Shown here one piece after another: positions 1 through 9,473 of a DNA stretch of 64,000 nucleotides (within the stretch, counting starts at the first letter, position 1; each line of letters opens with the position of its first letter). The notes below the pieces were generated by a model. The model did no database searches. It was not told where the DNA came from and saw only the letters and a program-made list of their open reading frames with translations. This DNA comes from Candidatus Hodarchaeota archaeon. GTDB taxonomy: Archaea; Asgardarchaeota; Lokiarchaeia; Sigyniarchaeales; SOKP01. Both the position numbers and the translations under genes were made by a program. Location of the stretch: assembly GCA_048886685.1 (NCBI GenBank), contig JBHLKM010000002.1, positions 71,532-135,531 of the forward strand, read 5' to 3'.

Positions 1-1078
1 TAGTCCATTCACCATTGTTATTAAGAAATGGAAGTCCTGGAGCATCAGTTTCCATGTCAACACAAGCTTTATCAATAGAAACGGGATCGATAGAACCGAA
101 TATACCAAGGTCAGGGATTATTGGTACACTCGCGTTAGAAACACAATCGCACTTTGCAGGAATATCAAAAGCGAAATTGATATACCGAATTTTTTCAGGA
201 CCGAAACTTAACACCGCTTTAACATTATCAATAAAACGCTCAACAAACTTTTTTACATTATTCCAGCTAGGTCTTTTTATCGCTTTCTCAATTGGGCATT
301 TTTGTAGGCATCTAGAGCAACCATAACAAATGGATTCATCGATCACAGCAGATTCACCATTCATACTTACTGCTTCTACCGTACATGCCTTTATACATTC
401 TTGCTCGCACTTTGAGGAGTCACAAACATCTGGATTAACGATAAACATACTCTCAAAATGAGCTAATTGCTTATTATGTTTCGTAACACATCCTAATCCG
501 AGTTGTTTTAAAGCACCTCCATGCGCGGCAAATGGATGACCTTTAAAATGAGAAATTACAACCAGTTTATCATAATCGAAGAGTCCTTTCGCAACAGACA
601 CTTCTTTCAATTCAATTCCGTCTATCTTTACAATCTTTCTATCAATTCCTTGATCTCCATCTATAAAACGTAGAGGTGCTCCTATTACTGATTCACTATA
701 CCCATGAAGATGAGCAATTTTCATATGCGCTTCTGCTGATTTTCTATGTCCTACACATATTGTATAATTATCATTAATCTCTATTTTTTCTACATTAGCA
801 CCTCTACCTTGGGTTTCTATAAGGGTAGGAAGACCACCTTTAGCTCGAATAGCTTTTACCACTTCACGTACAAAATCAGGTCGTAAATAATGAGTATTGT
901 GCGCTTCCCCTACGTGCACTTTAACTCCCACTTTATCACCATGTTCAATATTATTTAATATTTTATCTGCTATAAATCGAGTTTTAACCAGATTATTGGT
1001 TACCATATTTTCAGCTGTATTAGGAAGAGCAGCAATTTCTATGGGTGGAACCCAATATACAATAGATTTACTTACCAT
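1..1078 (-). CDS. DUF362 family Fe-S protein with internal 2x[4Fe-4S] ferredoxin domain (3' end runs off the window)
   Basis: Missing from the ORF track; translated by hand from ATG at 1078: MVSKSIVYW...KVGVKVHVGEAHN...SHFKGHPFAAHGGALKQLGLGC...CDSSKCEQECIKAC...CYGCSRCLQKCP...CDC...GIFGSIDPVSIDKAC, open to the window edge. Confidence 0.85.
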   Translation of the reverse strand, partial: MVSKSIVYWVPPIEIAALPNTAENMVTNNLVKTRFIADKILNNIEHGDKVGVKVHVGEAHNTHYLRPDFVREVVKAIRAKGGLPTLIETQGRGANVEKIEINDNYTICVGHRKSAEAHMKIAHLHGYSESVIGAPLRFIDGDQGIDRKIVKIDGIELKEVSVAKGLFDYDKLVVISHFKGHPFAAHGGALKQLGLGCVTKHNKQLAHFESMFIVNPDVCDSSKCEQECIKACTVEAVSMNGESAVIDESICYGCSRCLQKCPIEKAIKRPSWNNVKKFVERFIDNVKAVLSFGPEKIRYINFAFDIPAKCDCVSNASVPIIPDLGIFGSIDPVSIDKACVDMETDAPGLPFLNNNGEWT

Positions 1079-1189
1079 TTTCAATTTCTACCTAAATTTC
1101 AATTTATTATTCAGATTAATATTAAATTTGTTAAAAATTAAATTATTTTAATAGTTAGGTAAAGTTTTAATAAATTTATAATTCGAAAA

Positions 1190-2062
1190 TCAAATAGAAA
1201 GAGTATTAAACTCTTCTTTTTCAAAACCCCATGATTTCAAAATAATTTCAGCTTCATTCATAATATTTTCAATGAAATCACGTAGAGGAATAATTTTCTT
1301 TTGAAATGATATAGAGGGAGAAGGAACACTAGTTCCCCTTAATGTTCTATGATAAAGTCTTCGATGATAATCTTCTGTAAAAATATCCGTATTAATTCGA
1401 TCTATTTTTATTTCTACTGAAAGAGGGCTTTCTTCAGTTGTTAAGATAGCTGTTCCCAAACAAACGGCATCAGCGCCCATAGCTAAAGCACCAAGGAAAC
1501 CACGCGCATCCCCTATGCCTCCTGCGGCAATTAAGGGTGTTTTTAATAGACTTCTACCTGTTGTGAGATTTACTAATGTTGTTTGTTGATATGGATTCTT
1601 AAATCCTGCAGATTCCATGCCCATGAGAGTTATTGCATCAGCTCCTGCTTTTTCTGCTGAAATCGCATGTCTCATTAATGGGCATTTTGGAAACCAATAA
1701 CAACCTGCCTCATGGATTCTTTTACCAATATATATTGCTTGATACGCGGAAGTTGTAAATATATTCACGCCGGCATTGATTGCAACTTCCAAATATTTTA
1801 AATATGTTTCTTTGTCACCATCCTCATCAACAGTTATATTTACCCCGAAAGGATTATTAGTAAGATCCTGCATTTTATTTAATTTATTTTTAAAATCTTT
1901 AAGTTCATAAGATAAAGCCGTAATGATTCCCAAACCTCCAGCATTTGAATAAGCCGCCGCAAATTCAGCTATACCATATCCAGCAAATGCTGCCATAATA
2001 AGAGGATATTTAGTTCTTGTTAATTTAGTAATGCGTGTATTCCAGATCAATCTATTCAACAT
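1190..2062 (-). CDS. Nitronate monooxygenase / FabK-like flavin oxidoreductase
   Basis: YPLIMAAF, SNAGGLGII, PFGVNI, PLIAAGGIGDARG, AMGADAVCLGT motifs. Confidence 0.85.
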   Translation of the reverse strand: MLNRLIWNTRITKLTRTKYPLIMAAFAGYGIAEFAAAYSNAGGLGIITALSYELKDFKNKLNKMQDLTNNPFGVNITVDEDGDKETYLKYLEVAINAGVNIFTTSAYQAIYIGKRIHEAGCYWFPKCPLMRHAISAEKAGADAITLMGMESAGFKNPYQQTTLVNLTTGRSLLKTPLIAAGGIGDARGFLGALAMGADAVCLGTAILTTEESPLSVEIKIDRINTDIFTEDYHRRLYHRTLRGTSVPSPSISFQKKIIPLRDFIENIMNEAEIILKSWGFEKEEFNTLSI

Positions 2063-2118
2063 ACTTTACTACTTTAATTATGTGAAACTATAAGAAAAAC
2101 AAAAAAAAGTTTGTGTTT

Positions 2119-2973
2119 TTAAAGATTTAAGACTTTTTTGGCATTATCGTAATATATTAGATTCTTAAATCCGTCTGAAATTGGTAGATTTTTCACAGCA
2201 GGTAAAATTTGACTCCAATGAACTAGTGGGTGATCAGAACCGAATAAAATTTTATGTTCTATTCCATAATTAGTAAATGCATCCCATGGGAAGTATTGGT
2301 ATAAATGAGGATGCGCGGAGATATCGACATATACATTAGGGTGTCTTAAAACAACGGAATAGGTATCCCAAAACCATGGTGTCCCCATATGCCCAATTAT
2401 TATGACTAAATCTTGATGCCTCATTGCTAATTCATCGATTAACATAGGATGTCCAAATCTTGCTATGGACCGTGAAGTGGAGACTTGATGACCTCCATGT
2501 GTCCATAAAGGAATATTCAGATCAACCATTTTTTTCCATATAGGATCATAAATCGTATCAGAAATGTCAAATTTTTGGACAGGAGGAACTATTTTTACTC
2601 CTTTTAAATTCAGTGAATTAATTCCATAATCGAGTTGATCAAGAGCATTAGGGGCGGGGATATCTATACCTGCAAATCCAATTAATCTCTTTGGATGAAG
2701 TGCTACAAGATCAGCAATATCATCATTTGATACTAATATTACATTATAAGCTGTTTTAGCATTAAAACTTACAATCACTGATTTATTTATTCCAAAACTG
2801 TCCATCAATGCAATATAATCATTAATAGAAACGTTTTTACTTACATTTTTCAACATTTTATACATATATTTTCTCTTAAAAGGATCTGAAGCCCACATTG
2901 CATCAGCTATCGCATTTAAATCATCCCATGACACTTCTTTGCAAAAAGGATGAATATGTATATCAATAATCAT
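2119..2973 (-). CDS. Amidohydrolase_2 family metallohydrolase
   Basis: IDIHIH, GVKI, HGG, IIGHMG, NVYVDIS, ILFGSDHP. Confidence 0.85.
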   Translation of the reverse strand: MIIDIHIHPFCKEVSWDDLNAIADAMWASDPFKRKYMYKMLKNVSKNVSINDYIALMDSFGINKSVIVSFNAKTAYNVILVSNDDIADLVALHPKRLIGFAGIDIPAPNALDQLDYGINSLNLKGVKIVPPVQKFDISDTIYDPIWKKMVDLNIPLWTHGGHQVSTSRSIARFGHPMLIDELAMRHQDLVIIIGHMGTPWFWDTYSVVLRHPNVYVDISAHPHLYQYFPWDAFTNYGIEHKILFGSDHPLVHWSQILPAVKNLPISDGFKNLIYYDNAKKVLNL

Positions 2974-3000
2974 ATAACTCTTTTAATTAAATTTGAGAAT

Positions 3001-4332
3001 TTATAAAAAAGTATCTAAAGTCTTTTGAGTTTTAATGAAATTAATTAACTTACTACTTTTCTTCCAATACTTAAATTCAACCATGAAATTTTCAGCCATC
3101 TTATTTATAGCATCGTTAAAATTATCTAATTTAACAGGATCAGAGGTAAACATAGCATTGTTTACCGTTTCTCGAATCACCCAAACTCCGAGAGGTACAA
3201 CATAACCTCCAGAAACTTCCCGAAAAATCAAAACTCGAGCTTGCCTCTTAATTTTATATAGATATTCGCAAACTGATTTACGAGCAGCATAATAAGCTCC
3301 AGTAATATTACTTGCATAATTTTTCCTACCTCGGTAGAATTCAAAATCTGTCATTATCTGAGGTTTTAGATTACGATTATTCCCATCCAAAGAAATATTC
3401 CATAAAGTATTTGGTGCCCACACTTCATTCATTTCATAAATAAACTTACCAGGGAATAAGAGAATTTTAAAATGGTTATCAAGGTAAGTTGCTTCAAAAA
3501 TCTGATAATCATTGATCTCAGGAAATTTCTTAATTTCTTTTATTAAAGCTTTCGAGATAATATCGTCCACAGCGGTTATGCTCCAACGAGTTGGGACAAT
3601 TCGACGTCTTTTTTCTTCACCAAGTAATCCTGCTGAAAAAACTCTTTTGATGGTAGATTCAGGTACATGCCCTTTAAAATAAAGATGTTCTGAAACCGCC
3701 TCGGTTGCTTTTAGATCTGTATCAGAAACACAATAATCCACTTGGGGATGCACTTTTGTATTTTCTGTTATTGTGATTTTCTCAGTCATACCTGAAGGCC
3801 CCATAGGTAACGCATGATTATCCATCATCATACGTAAATTCATCTTCGTTAACTTAGTTTCTGTATCAACTGGTCTTGCGGCCATCGATAATTCTTGTGA
3901 TGTTTCAAGGAGTTTTTGAGTTTTTACTGAAGGTGTGCTTTTTTGGCTCTTCTGACCAATAAACACATTTGTTTTAAAGTTGCTTCTAACTAAACTGCTT
4001 CTATAACGTATTATATCAACCATATTTTTTCCAAACCATAGCTCTGGAGCATCAAGAATATGATAATCTGATATATTTAATCCTGTTTCAAATTCTTGAT
4101 ATGGTACGAGTGGACCTAGATACACATTTGGGTAACTAAAATGCCCTACAAAAAATCCAGGAGGACTTGCACCAAATATCTCTACGTCTCTTTGAGTTTT
4201 ATCAATTTCAAAAGGAACCATCGATTTTAAGACAGATTTCTTTAATAAAATTGGGCAGGTTTTTTTGCCACACAGAAGCCTTGCTCCTTTACAACGAAGG
4301 CAGATGTTTTTTTCTGTCTGAGGTCGAACCAA
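3001..4332 (-). CDS. nreA: Archaeal DNA repair protein NreA
   Basis: N-terminal CLRCKG..LCG..CP, GASPP, PTRWSITAVDD, GAYYAAR, PLGVWVIRE and C-terminal PCNA-interacting PIP box QKTLDTFL. Confidence 0.9.
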   Translation of the reverse strand: MVRPQTEKNICLRCKGARLLCGKKTCPILLKKSVLKSMVPFEIDKTQRDVEIFGASPPGFFVGHFSYPNVYLGPLVPYQEFETGLNISDYHILDAPELWFGKNMVDIIRYRSSLVRSNFKTNVFIGQKSQKSTPSVKTQKLLETSQELSMAARPVDTETKLTKMNLRMMMDNHALPMGPSGMTEKITITENTKVHPQVDYCVSDTDLKATEAVSEHLYFKGHVPESTIKRVFSAGLLGEEKRRRIVPTRWSITAVDDIISKALIKEIKKFPEINDYQIFEATYLDNHFKILLFPGKFIYEMNEVWAPNTLWNISLDGNNRNLKPQIMTDFEFYRGRKNYASNITGAYYAARKSVCEYLYKIKRQARVLIFREVSGGYVVPLGVWVIRETVNNAMFTSDPVKLDNFNDAINKMAENFMVEFKYWKKSSKLINFIKTQKTLDTFL

Positions 4333-4471
4333 ATTGCGTTCTCTCGAAAATTTAAGCTGATCAATAATTATTATTACTTGTTATTATAAAAAAAGTAGAA
4401 GAGTATAAATTTTTAATATTTATATTAAAGAACCAAAAATTCAATCCTAGAAATTTAAAATGGGGAACTTT

Positions 4472-5503
4472 TTATTTTTTTCCCATTAAGTTTTTAATTC
4501 GTTTTTCAGCTAAATGTTTTGCTGCCATTTGTTGAGGTCGAAGAAGAGATATAAGCAGTGAAGCAAGGAAAATTTTCGTGTCATCTGGTTCTCCGAGAAC
4601 AAATTGAATTTTTTCAAATAATTTATCTTCATCTTGTTCATTATTTTCCTTATTACCTTTAATCCACGATTCAATTGCAACAAGATATCTATTTAAAAGG
4701 TAAGCTCTTTCTAATCCATCTATTCCCTTCCTTGGCATGGTTGCTCTCCATTTACCTGCTCCAATGCTTGAAATTATTATGTCATATCTACGGAATGCTT
4801 TATGATGACAAGGATTAAGCCTACCATCACCATCAAACTTCATTGCTTTTAAAATTTGACTCTGTGGATCTTTTTTCAGTATTTCTTCCTCAATTGCTCT
4901 TACTGCAGCATAATGTGCGATTATTTGAGGATGTCTTTCCGTCCAATAACCACCAAGCCAAAATTCAAATAAAAGGCAGATACGTTCGACATATAGCTCC
5001 TTTAATCTACTTCTTTCACCAAGTAATTCGAAAATCTTTCTTCTAACTAATTTAGCAGGATCACAGAAATCCTGTAATAATTCATAGCCATTTACCCTAT
5101 CAAATGGAAGCCAATTACGCAGGGTTAAATAATATGCCCATAAATTCTTCCATCGTTCACTTGTAATTGAATTTAAATGACCAATTGGTAGTGCTGGTGA
5201 TTTTTTTTCACCTATCGCTTTACATATACTTAATATACTCTTCTCAAGATTCCAATTACATACCTCAAGAGCAATTATACTCTTTAGAATATCCTTTCCT
5301 GAATTATCAAGTGGTTGAACTTTATTCCAAAGATTCTTGAGATGTGCAAGTTCACTAGTTACCTTTTCACTATCTAAAGAAATTCGATTCTCTGGAAACC
5401 ACAATTTGAGTCTCCCCCAACGATGACCAGCAAGAAATTCCCTCTCCCAATCTCGAATTTCATTACCATTTTCATTAGTATTATTTTCAAACATTGTTGC
5501 CAA
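4472..5503 (-). CDS. Hypothetical Trp-rich alpha-helical protein
   Basis: 343-aa ORF with no recognised motif; contains NPCHHK. Confidence 0.65.
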   Translation of the reverse strand: MATMFENNTNENGNEIRDWEREFLAGHRWGRLKLWFPENRISLDSEKVTSELAHLKNLWNKVQPLDNSGKDILKSIIALEVCNWNLEKSILSICKAIGEKKSPALPIGHLNSITSERWKNLWAYYLTLRNWLPFDRVNGYELLQDFCDPAKLVRRKIFELLGERSRLKELYVERICLLFEFWLGGYWTERHPQIIAHYAAVRAIEEEILKKDPQSQILKAMKFDGDGRLNPCHHKAFRRYDIIISSIGAGKWRATMPRKGIDGLERAYLLNRYLVAIESWIKGNKENNEQDEDKLFEKIQFVLGEPDDTKIFLASLLISLLRPQQMAAKHLAEKRIKNLMGKK

Positions 5504-5595
5504 TTTCTTTGTTTAGTTTCTAGAATTTAAAAATCTAAAGTTTGTGTTATATTTTTATAAAAATCCACCAATTTGTATTTTATTATTAGAAAAAG

Positions 5596-5958
5596 TTATT
5601 TATCATTTTGCAATGATTTCTTATGAGCCCATTCCATTAAAGGCATCATTGCCTTCCTAACCTCGATTCCATCTTGAGTTAACGAATACTCTACTTTTGG
5701 TGGAATTTCGGGATATATCTCTCTCTTTATTAAGTCTGCTTTATTTAACTCTTTTAGTCTATCTGAAAGTGATTTGGGACTGATACCCTTTATGTTTTTT
5801 AAAATTTCATTAAACCTTATCTTTTTAAAATTACTGATTGTACCAATAATTGCTAATGCCCATTTCTTACTAATAATATTAATAATTCCTTCTACTGGAC
5901 AAAAGCAAAATTCGAGCTCTTCTGTATTTTCACAATTTATCTCAGTAACTTTTTTAAT
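5596..5958 (-). CDS. HxlR (MarR/DUF24) winged-helix transcriptional regulator with non-canonical ATT start
   Basis: Hand translation: (I)KKVTEINCENTEELEFCFCPVEGIINIISKKWALAII...RFNEILKNIKGISPKSLSDRLKEL...IYPEIPPKVEYSLTQDG...LMEWA; no in-frame ATG/GTG/TTG before the C-terminal helix. Confidence 0.85.
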   Translation of the reverse strand: MKKVTEINCENTEELEFCFCPVEGIINIISKKWALAIIGTISNFKKIRFNEILKNIKGISPKSLSDRLKELNKADLIKREIYPEIPPKVEYSLTQDGIEVRKAMMPLMEWAHKKSLQNDK

Positions 5959-6029
5959 AGTATCTCACTATTTTACTACTTAATATAGAATAAAACACTT
6001 AACAACTTAAATACTTTATCATCTATATT

Positions 6030-6048
6030 TACTATAAAAAATATAGTA
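6030..6048. promoter_or_regulatory. Palindrome TACTATA-N5-TATAGTA, candidate operator of the divergent HxlR regulator
   Basis: Perfect 7-bp inverted repeat between hxlR and the SD of the Cys-rich small ORF. Confidence 0.45.
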
Positions 6049-6063
6049 TTGAAGGTGATAAAA

Positions 6064-6213
6064 ATATCTGAGGAATCTCATCAAACCACGAAAATTCAGA
6101 TCCAACCTGAGCAAGAAACTTGTTCTTGTTGTTGTATGGGTCAAGAAAATGTAGACTTTAAAAAATCTGAACAAGATCTAGTAATTCAACCCCAAAGTGA
6201 ATTAAACAAGTGA
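6064..6213 (+). CDS. Small Cys-cluster protein, about 49 aa (CSCCC); start ambiguous (ATA 6064, GTG 6055 or TTG 6049)
   Basis: GGTGA SD at 6054-6058; (M)SEESHQTTKIQIQPEQETCSCCCMGQENVDFKKSEQDLVIQPQSELNK*. Confidence 0.55.
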   Translation: MSEESHQTTKIQIQPEQETCSCCCMGQENVDFKKSEQDLVIQPQSELNK

Positions 6214-6310
6214 ACTAGTCTACATGAACCTGCTAGAATAAGTTTTAAAATTTATTTTTTTTAATCTTAAATAACTAATAAATTTCCTAAATTCCAAATG
6301 AGGATACTAG

Positions 6311-6886
6311 CTAAGGAAATCTATCATAATCCAAATTATGAGATTGCATGATTTTTTTAGTCATTTCTTTAAAACAATATAATATATTCATGTTTTCTTT
6401 TGAGGAGGTTTTTACGAAATCTTTTTCATTGTGGTTCTGCAAGAATTGTTGAATAATGTATTTATCAACTTTAAATTTTTTATCTGCTCCCTGTACTAAA
6501 TCATGTTTAGTCCCAACTAAAGTTTTAGGGCGATCATGGACCTTAAACTTTATTAAATTATCATACCACCAATCAAGTTTGATAAGAGTTTCAATATTTA
6601 ATAAATCAAAAACTAGAAATATTCCATTCGCTCCATTGATATAATAACCAAATAGTGTTTTAAATTGTTCTTGTCCCCCGAAATCCCAGATTGAAAGTCG
6701 AGCAACAGCTTGATCTCCTTTAACTATTACAGGGATGTTATAAGTATAAAAGTCTGTTCCAACAGTCAATTGAGTCTTGGCACTAAACGTATTAAAGCAG
6801 AGTCTTCGCGCGATACAAGTCTTTCCAACACCACCACTACCAATTAAACAAATCTTAAAGATATAATGAGGTTGATTATTTTCCAT
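6311..6886 (-). CDS. Rab/Ras-like small GTPase
   Basis: FKICLIGSGGVGKT (G1), TVGTDF (G2), WDFGGQEQF (G3), TKHD (G4 variant), TSSK (G5); no CAAX motif. Confidence 0.9.
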   Translation of the reverse strand: MENNQPHYIFKICLIGSGGVGKTCIARRLCFNTFSAKTQLTVGTDFYTYNIPVIVKGDQAVARLSIWDFGGQEQFKTLFGYYINGANGIFLVFDLLNIETLIKLDWWYDNLIKFKVHDRPKTLVGTKHDLVQGADKKFKVDKYIIQQFLQNHNEKDFVKTSSKENMNILYCFKEMTKKIMQSHNLDYDRFP

Positions 6887-7056
6887 TTTCCACTCTTATT
6901 CGAATATTAATTTTTATTTATAAATCAATAGAAATAAAACCTTTATTTATATGTTTTAGAAATGGTGTTATAATCGAAAAAATGGATATTGTTTAATTAC
7001 CTCAACTTATAAAATTATTTGTAGCCGTTAAATAGAGTAATATTCTATTTTCATTA

Positions 7057-7584
7057 TTACTCTCTATTTTTAAATAAGTTAATTGAATAACTTACAATTA
7101 CTTCAGCATCTTTAGCATTTTTCCATTCTTTAAATTTAACCCATTTGTGTGGTTCTAATCTTTTATATGTTTCATAGAATTCTTGAATCTCCTTCAATTT
7201 ATGTTTATGAACATCTTGAATATCATTAAATCCGCTAAATCTTGCATCATTAATTAAAACAGAGAGGATTTTTGGGTCATCTCCATGCTCGTCTTCAAGA
7301 ATTAATGCCCCAATCACTCGAACTTTTACAATGCATCCTACTTCAAGAGGTTCATAGCTTAATACCATTATATCAAGAGGATCATTATCATCTGACCATG
7401 TTTGAGGGACAAATCCATATTCTACAGGAAATATTACAGAAGAAGGGATAATTCGATCTAAAACAAAGGCTTCCCAATTATGATTATACTCATATTTATC
7501 CCTTGAACCACTGATAACCTCAATCACCGCATTTAACAAAAGCGGAGGATTATCTCCAGCGGGAATATCTTTCCATAAATCCAT
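7057..7584 (-). CDS. ppa: Inorganic pyrophosphatase, family I
   Basis: KYEY, LDR, YGFVPQT, DNDPLD, DDPKIL, YKRLE. Confidence 0.93.
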   Translation of the reverse strand: MDLWKDIPAGDNPPLLLNAVIEVISGSRDKYEYNHNWEAFVLDRIIPSSVIFPVEYGFVPQTWSDDNDPLDIMVLSYEPLEVGCIVKVRVIGALILEDEHGDDPKILSVLINDARFSGFNDIQDVHKHKLKEIQEFYETYKRLEPHKWVKFKEWKNAKDAEVIVSYSINLFKNRE

Positions 7585-7645
7585 AATTATCTTAATTTAA
7601 ATATATTTTTTAAAAATTTTTTTTTAAATTCTCAGACACATTACA

Positions 7646-8536
7646 TTACCGTAAAACAGGGATTACTTCCTTGGCTATTATTTTAATATTTTTAATTTGC
7701 GGTGAATCAAAGAAGGGGTAGTATATAATAAATTCATTAATTCCAATTTCCTTATATTGATTTATAACTTCTCGAAAAATTTCTTTAGAATTAATGATTG
7801 TTCTTCCATGTCGGCTATAGAATAGCAAAGAACGTCGTATCGTTTCTGGATCTCTACCAATTTCATCACAATACTTTTCTATAAGTTCCACTCGGGTTTT
7901 AGTATTTTCAAGAATCTTCTCTGCAGGAGCACGCCAGTCTTCGGATCCAAAGGAATTCCAGGTATCAGCATATTTTGCTGCTATTTTAAGCATAGACTTT
8001 CCCATTGCCGCAATTACTAAAGGTGGTCGTGGTCTCTGAATTGTCCCTGGATTCATTGTTGCATTATTTAGTCTATAAAAATTCCCTTCATAACTTGAAA
8101 TATCATAACGTAAAAGTCTGTCAATTACCTCGATTTGATCCTTGAATCGCTCAACTCTTTCTGATCCAACCCAATCCTCGATTCCTAGCATGGTATGAAC
8201 TGGATCTCTACTAGCACCTGTACCTAGTCCTAACTCTAATCTTCCATTCGAAATATGATCAATTGTAAGTGCTTGTCTTGCTAACACTGCTGGTCTACGT
8301 AATGGCATGGAAGCGACTAAAGTTCCAATTCTAATTTTTTTAGTCATTACTGCCAATGAAGCAAGAAGTGTCCATGACTCAAACCAATGTCCTGTATGAT
8401 TTACGGGATCAGTGAAATGGTCTGCTAACCAGACACTATCGAATCCCAAACTTTCTATAAGTTTCCAACGCTCAACCTCCTTTTCCCAAGGAAGATTTTG
8501 TACCGTCAATACTCCAAATCGAATATCATTTCCCAT
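7646..8536 (-). CDS. LLM-class (luciferase-like) flavin/F420-dependent oxidoreductase
   Basis: GFDSVWLADH, IRIGTLV, DHISNGRLELGLG, PRPPLVIAA, AAKYAD. Confidence 0.88.
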   Translation of the reverse strand: MGNDIRFGVLTVQNLPWEKEVERWKLIESLGFDSVWLADHFTDPVNHTGHWFESWTLLASLAVMTKKIRIGTLVASMPLRRPAVLARQALTIDHISNGRLELGLGTGASRDPVHTMLGIEDWVGSERVERFKDQIEVIDRLLRYDISSYEGNFYRLNNATMNPGTIQRPRPPLVIAAMGKSMLKIAAKYADTWNSFGSEDWRAPAEKILENTKTRVELIEKYCDEIGRDPETIRRSLLFYSRHGRTIINSKEIFREVINQYKEIGINEFIIYYPFFDSPQIKNIKIIAKEVIPVLR

Positions 8537-8712
8537 GTAAAATTCTCCTCGTAATGTAGTTTAGGTCGTATTATATAACATAACAAAATCCAAATGATAA
8601 AGTTTTACTTTCAGTGACCCCTCTTATCCTTTTTAAGTGACTTACAACATTAATTAATACTTCAATTTGAAGAAGTTTAAAACTATTTGAATTAACAAAT
8701 TATATAATAAAA

Positions 8713-8994
8713 GTGGAAATTATGGGATATATTAAAGATACCGCAGAAGTGGTAAAGGATTCACTGAAAGGAGTGTCAAATAAAAAGAAGTTTAAAAAAT
8801 TGATTGACAATATGATCTTTGCTATAGAAACAAATACAGTTAGTGAATATTTTCTATATAAGTTCAAGATTTTAGAGGAGTTAGCCCCACTCATTAAATT
8901 GAAAAAGGAAAAAGATAAAGATTATTTAGAGAAGTATAAAAAAGTAAAAAAGTACTATAAATCTCACTATAAGGAGATTGCTTATTCATCATAA
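8713..8994 (+). CDS. Hypothetical small basic helical protein
   Basis: 93-aa ORF preceded by a TATA-like TTATATAA; Lys-rich. Confidence 0.6.
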   Translation: MEIMGYIKDTAEVVKDSLKGVSNKKKFKKLIDNMIFAIETNTVSEYFLYKFKILEELAPLIKLKKEKDKDYLEKYKKVKKYYKSHYKEIAYSS

Positions 8995-9059
8995 AAAGAG
9001 TTTTATTCATTTAACTATATCTTAGTTTATATAATAAAAAAGAAAAAAAAAATTGTTAT

Positions 9060-9152
9060 TTATAGGTCTTTCAATCCAAATCTATATTTTCTTGGATTTA
9101 AAAGATAGTCTGCTAGAGTTGCTTCCAACCCGTTTTTAGCTTTTTTTGACAT
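9060..9152 (-). CDS. Micro-ORF, 30 aa (MSKKAKNGLEATLADYLLNPRKYRFGLKDL)
   Basis: GAGGT SD followed by ttaaaaa ATG; T-rich run after the stop on the minus strand. Confidence 0.55.
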   Translation of the reverse strand: MSKKAKNGLEATLADYLLNPRKYRFGLKDL

Positions 9153-9189
9153 TTTTTAAACCTCTTTTGAATTTGTTTTAAAAAAAAAA

Positions 9190-9270
9190 TTATTTTATTA
9201 AATCTCGATAAATATGAAAATTACCATTATTGGTAATTTTTATCAATCCTTCGGATGCTTTTTTCTTCAT
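9190..9270 (-). CDS. Micro-ORF, 26 aa (MKKKASEGLIKITNNGNFHIYRDLIK)
   Basis: GAGGT SD followed by taaaaaa ATG; poly-T after the stop; N-terminus resembles the adjacent micro-ORF. Confidence 0.55.
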   Translation of the reverse strand: MKKKASEGLIKITNNGNFHIYRDLIK

Positions 9271-9344
9271 TTTTTTAACCTCATGTTTTAAATTTTTCTT
9301 TCTAATTTTAGAATAGGTAAGATTTCATATATAGTTTAACTACA

Positions 9345-9364
9345 CGAACTTCATGCGAAGTTCG
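9345..9364. promoter_or_regulatory. Perfect palindrome CGAACTTC-ATGC-GAAGTTCG upstream of the micro-ORF promoter
   Basis: 8-bp GC-rich inverted repeat about 12 nt upstream of a minus-strand TATATATG box near 9326-9333. Confidence 0.5.
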
Positions 9365-9473
9365 AAGTAAACAAAAAGCCTCAAAATTATATAGAAATTC
9401 ATCCTATAATTAGTAAAATTTGAATTTCCCTAAAAAAAAGTCTATTCAAAAATTTAGTGGAAAACAACCTTGT

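Noticed and set aside
15-1151. Plus-strand ORFs 15..326 and 897..1151
   Set aside because: Antisense shadows of the minus-strand DUF362 gene
5774-5983. 69-aa plus-strand ORF
   Set aside because: Antisense to the HxlR gene
6211-6213. TGA after the Cys-rich ORF, and in-frame TGAs just upstream of the ATA/ATT starts, as possible selenocysteine codons
   Set aside because: None lies at a conserved Cys position, no SECIS was recognised, and the upstream TGAs are simply part of the (G/A)GTGA SD motif
9084-9119. TLADYLLNPRKY resembles the cytochrome c segment TLxxYLxNPKKY
   Set aside because: A 12-residue match with no CxxCH and no flanking homology; most likely coincidence
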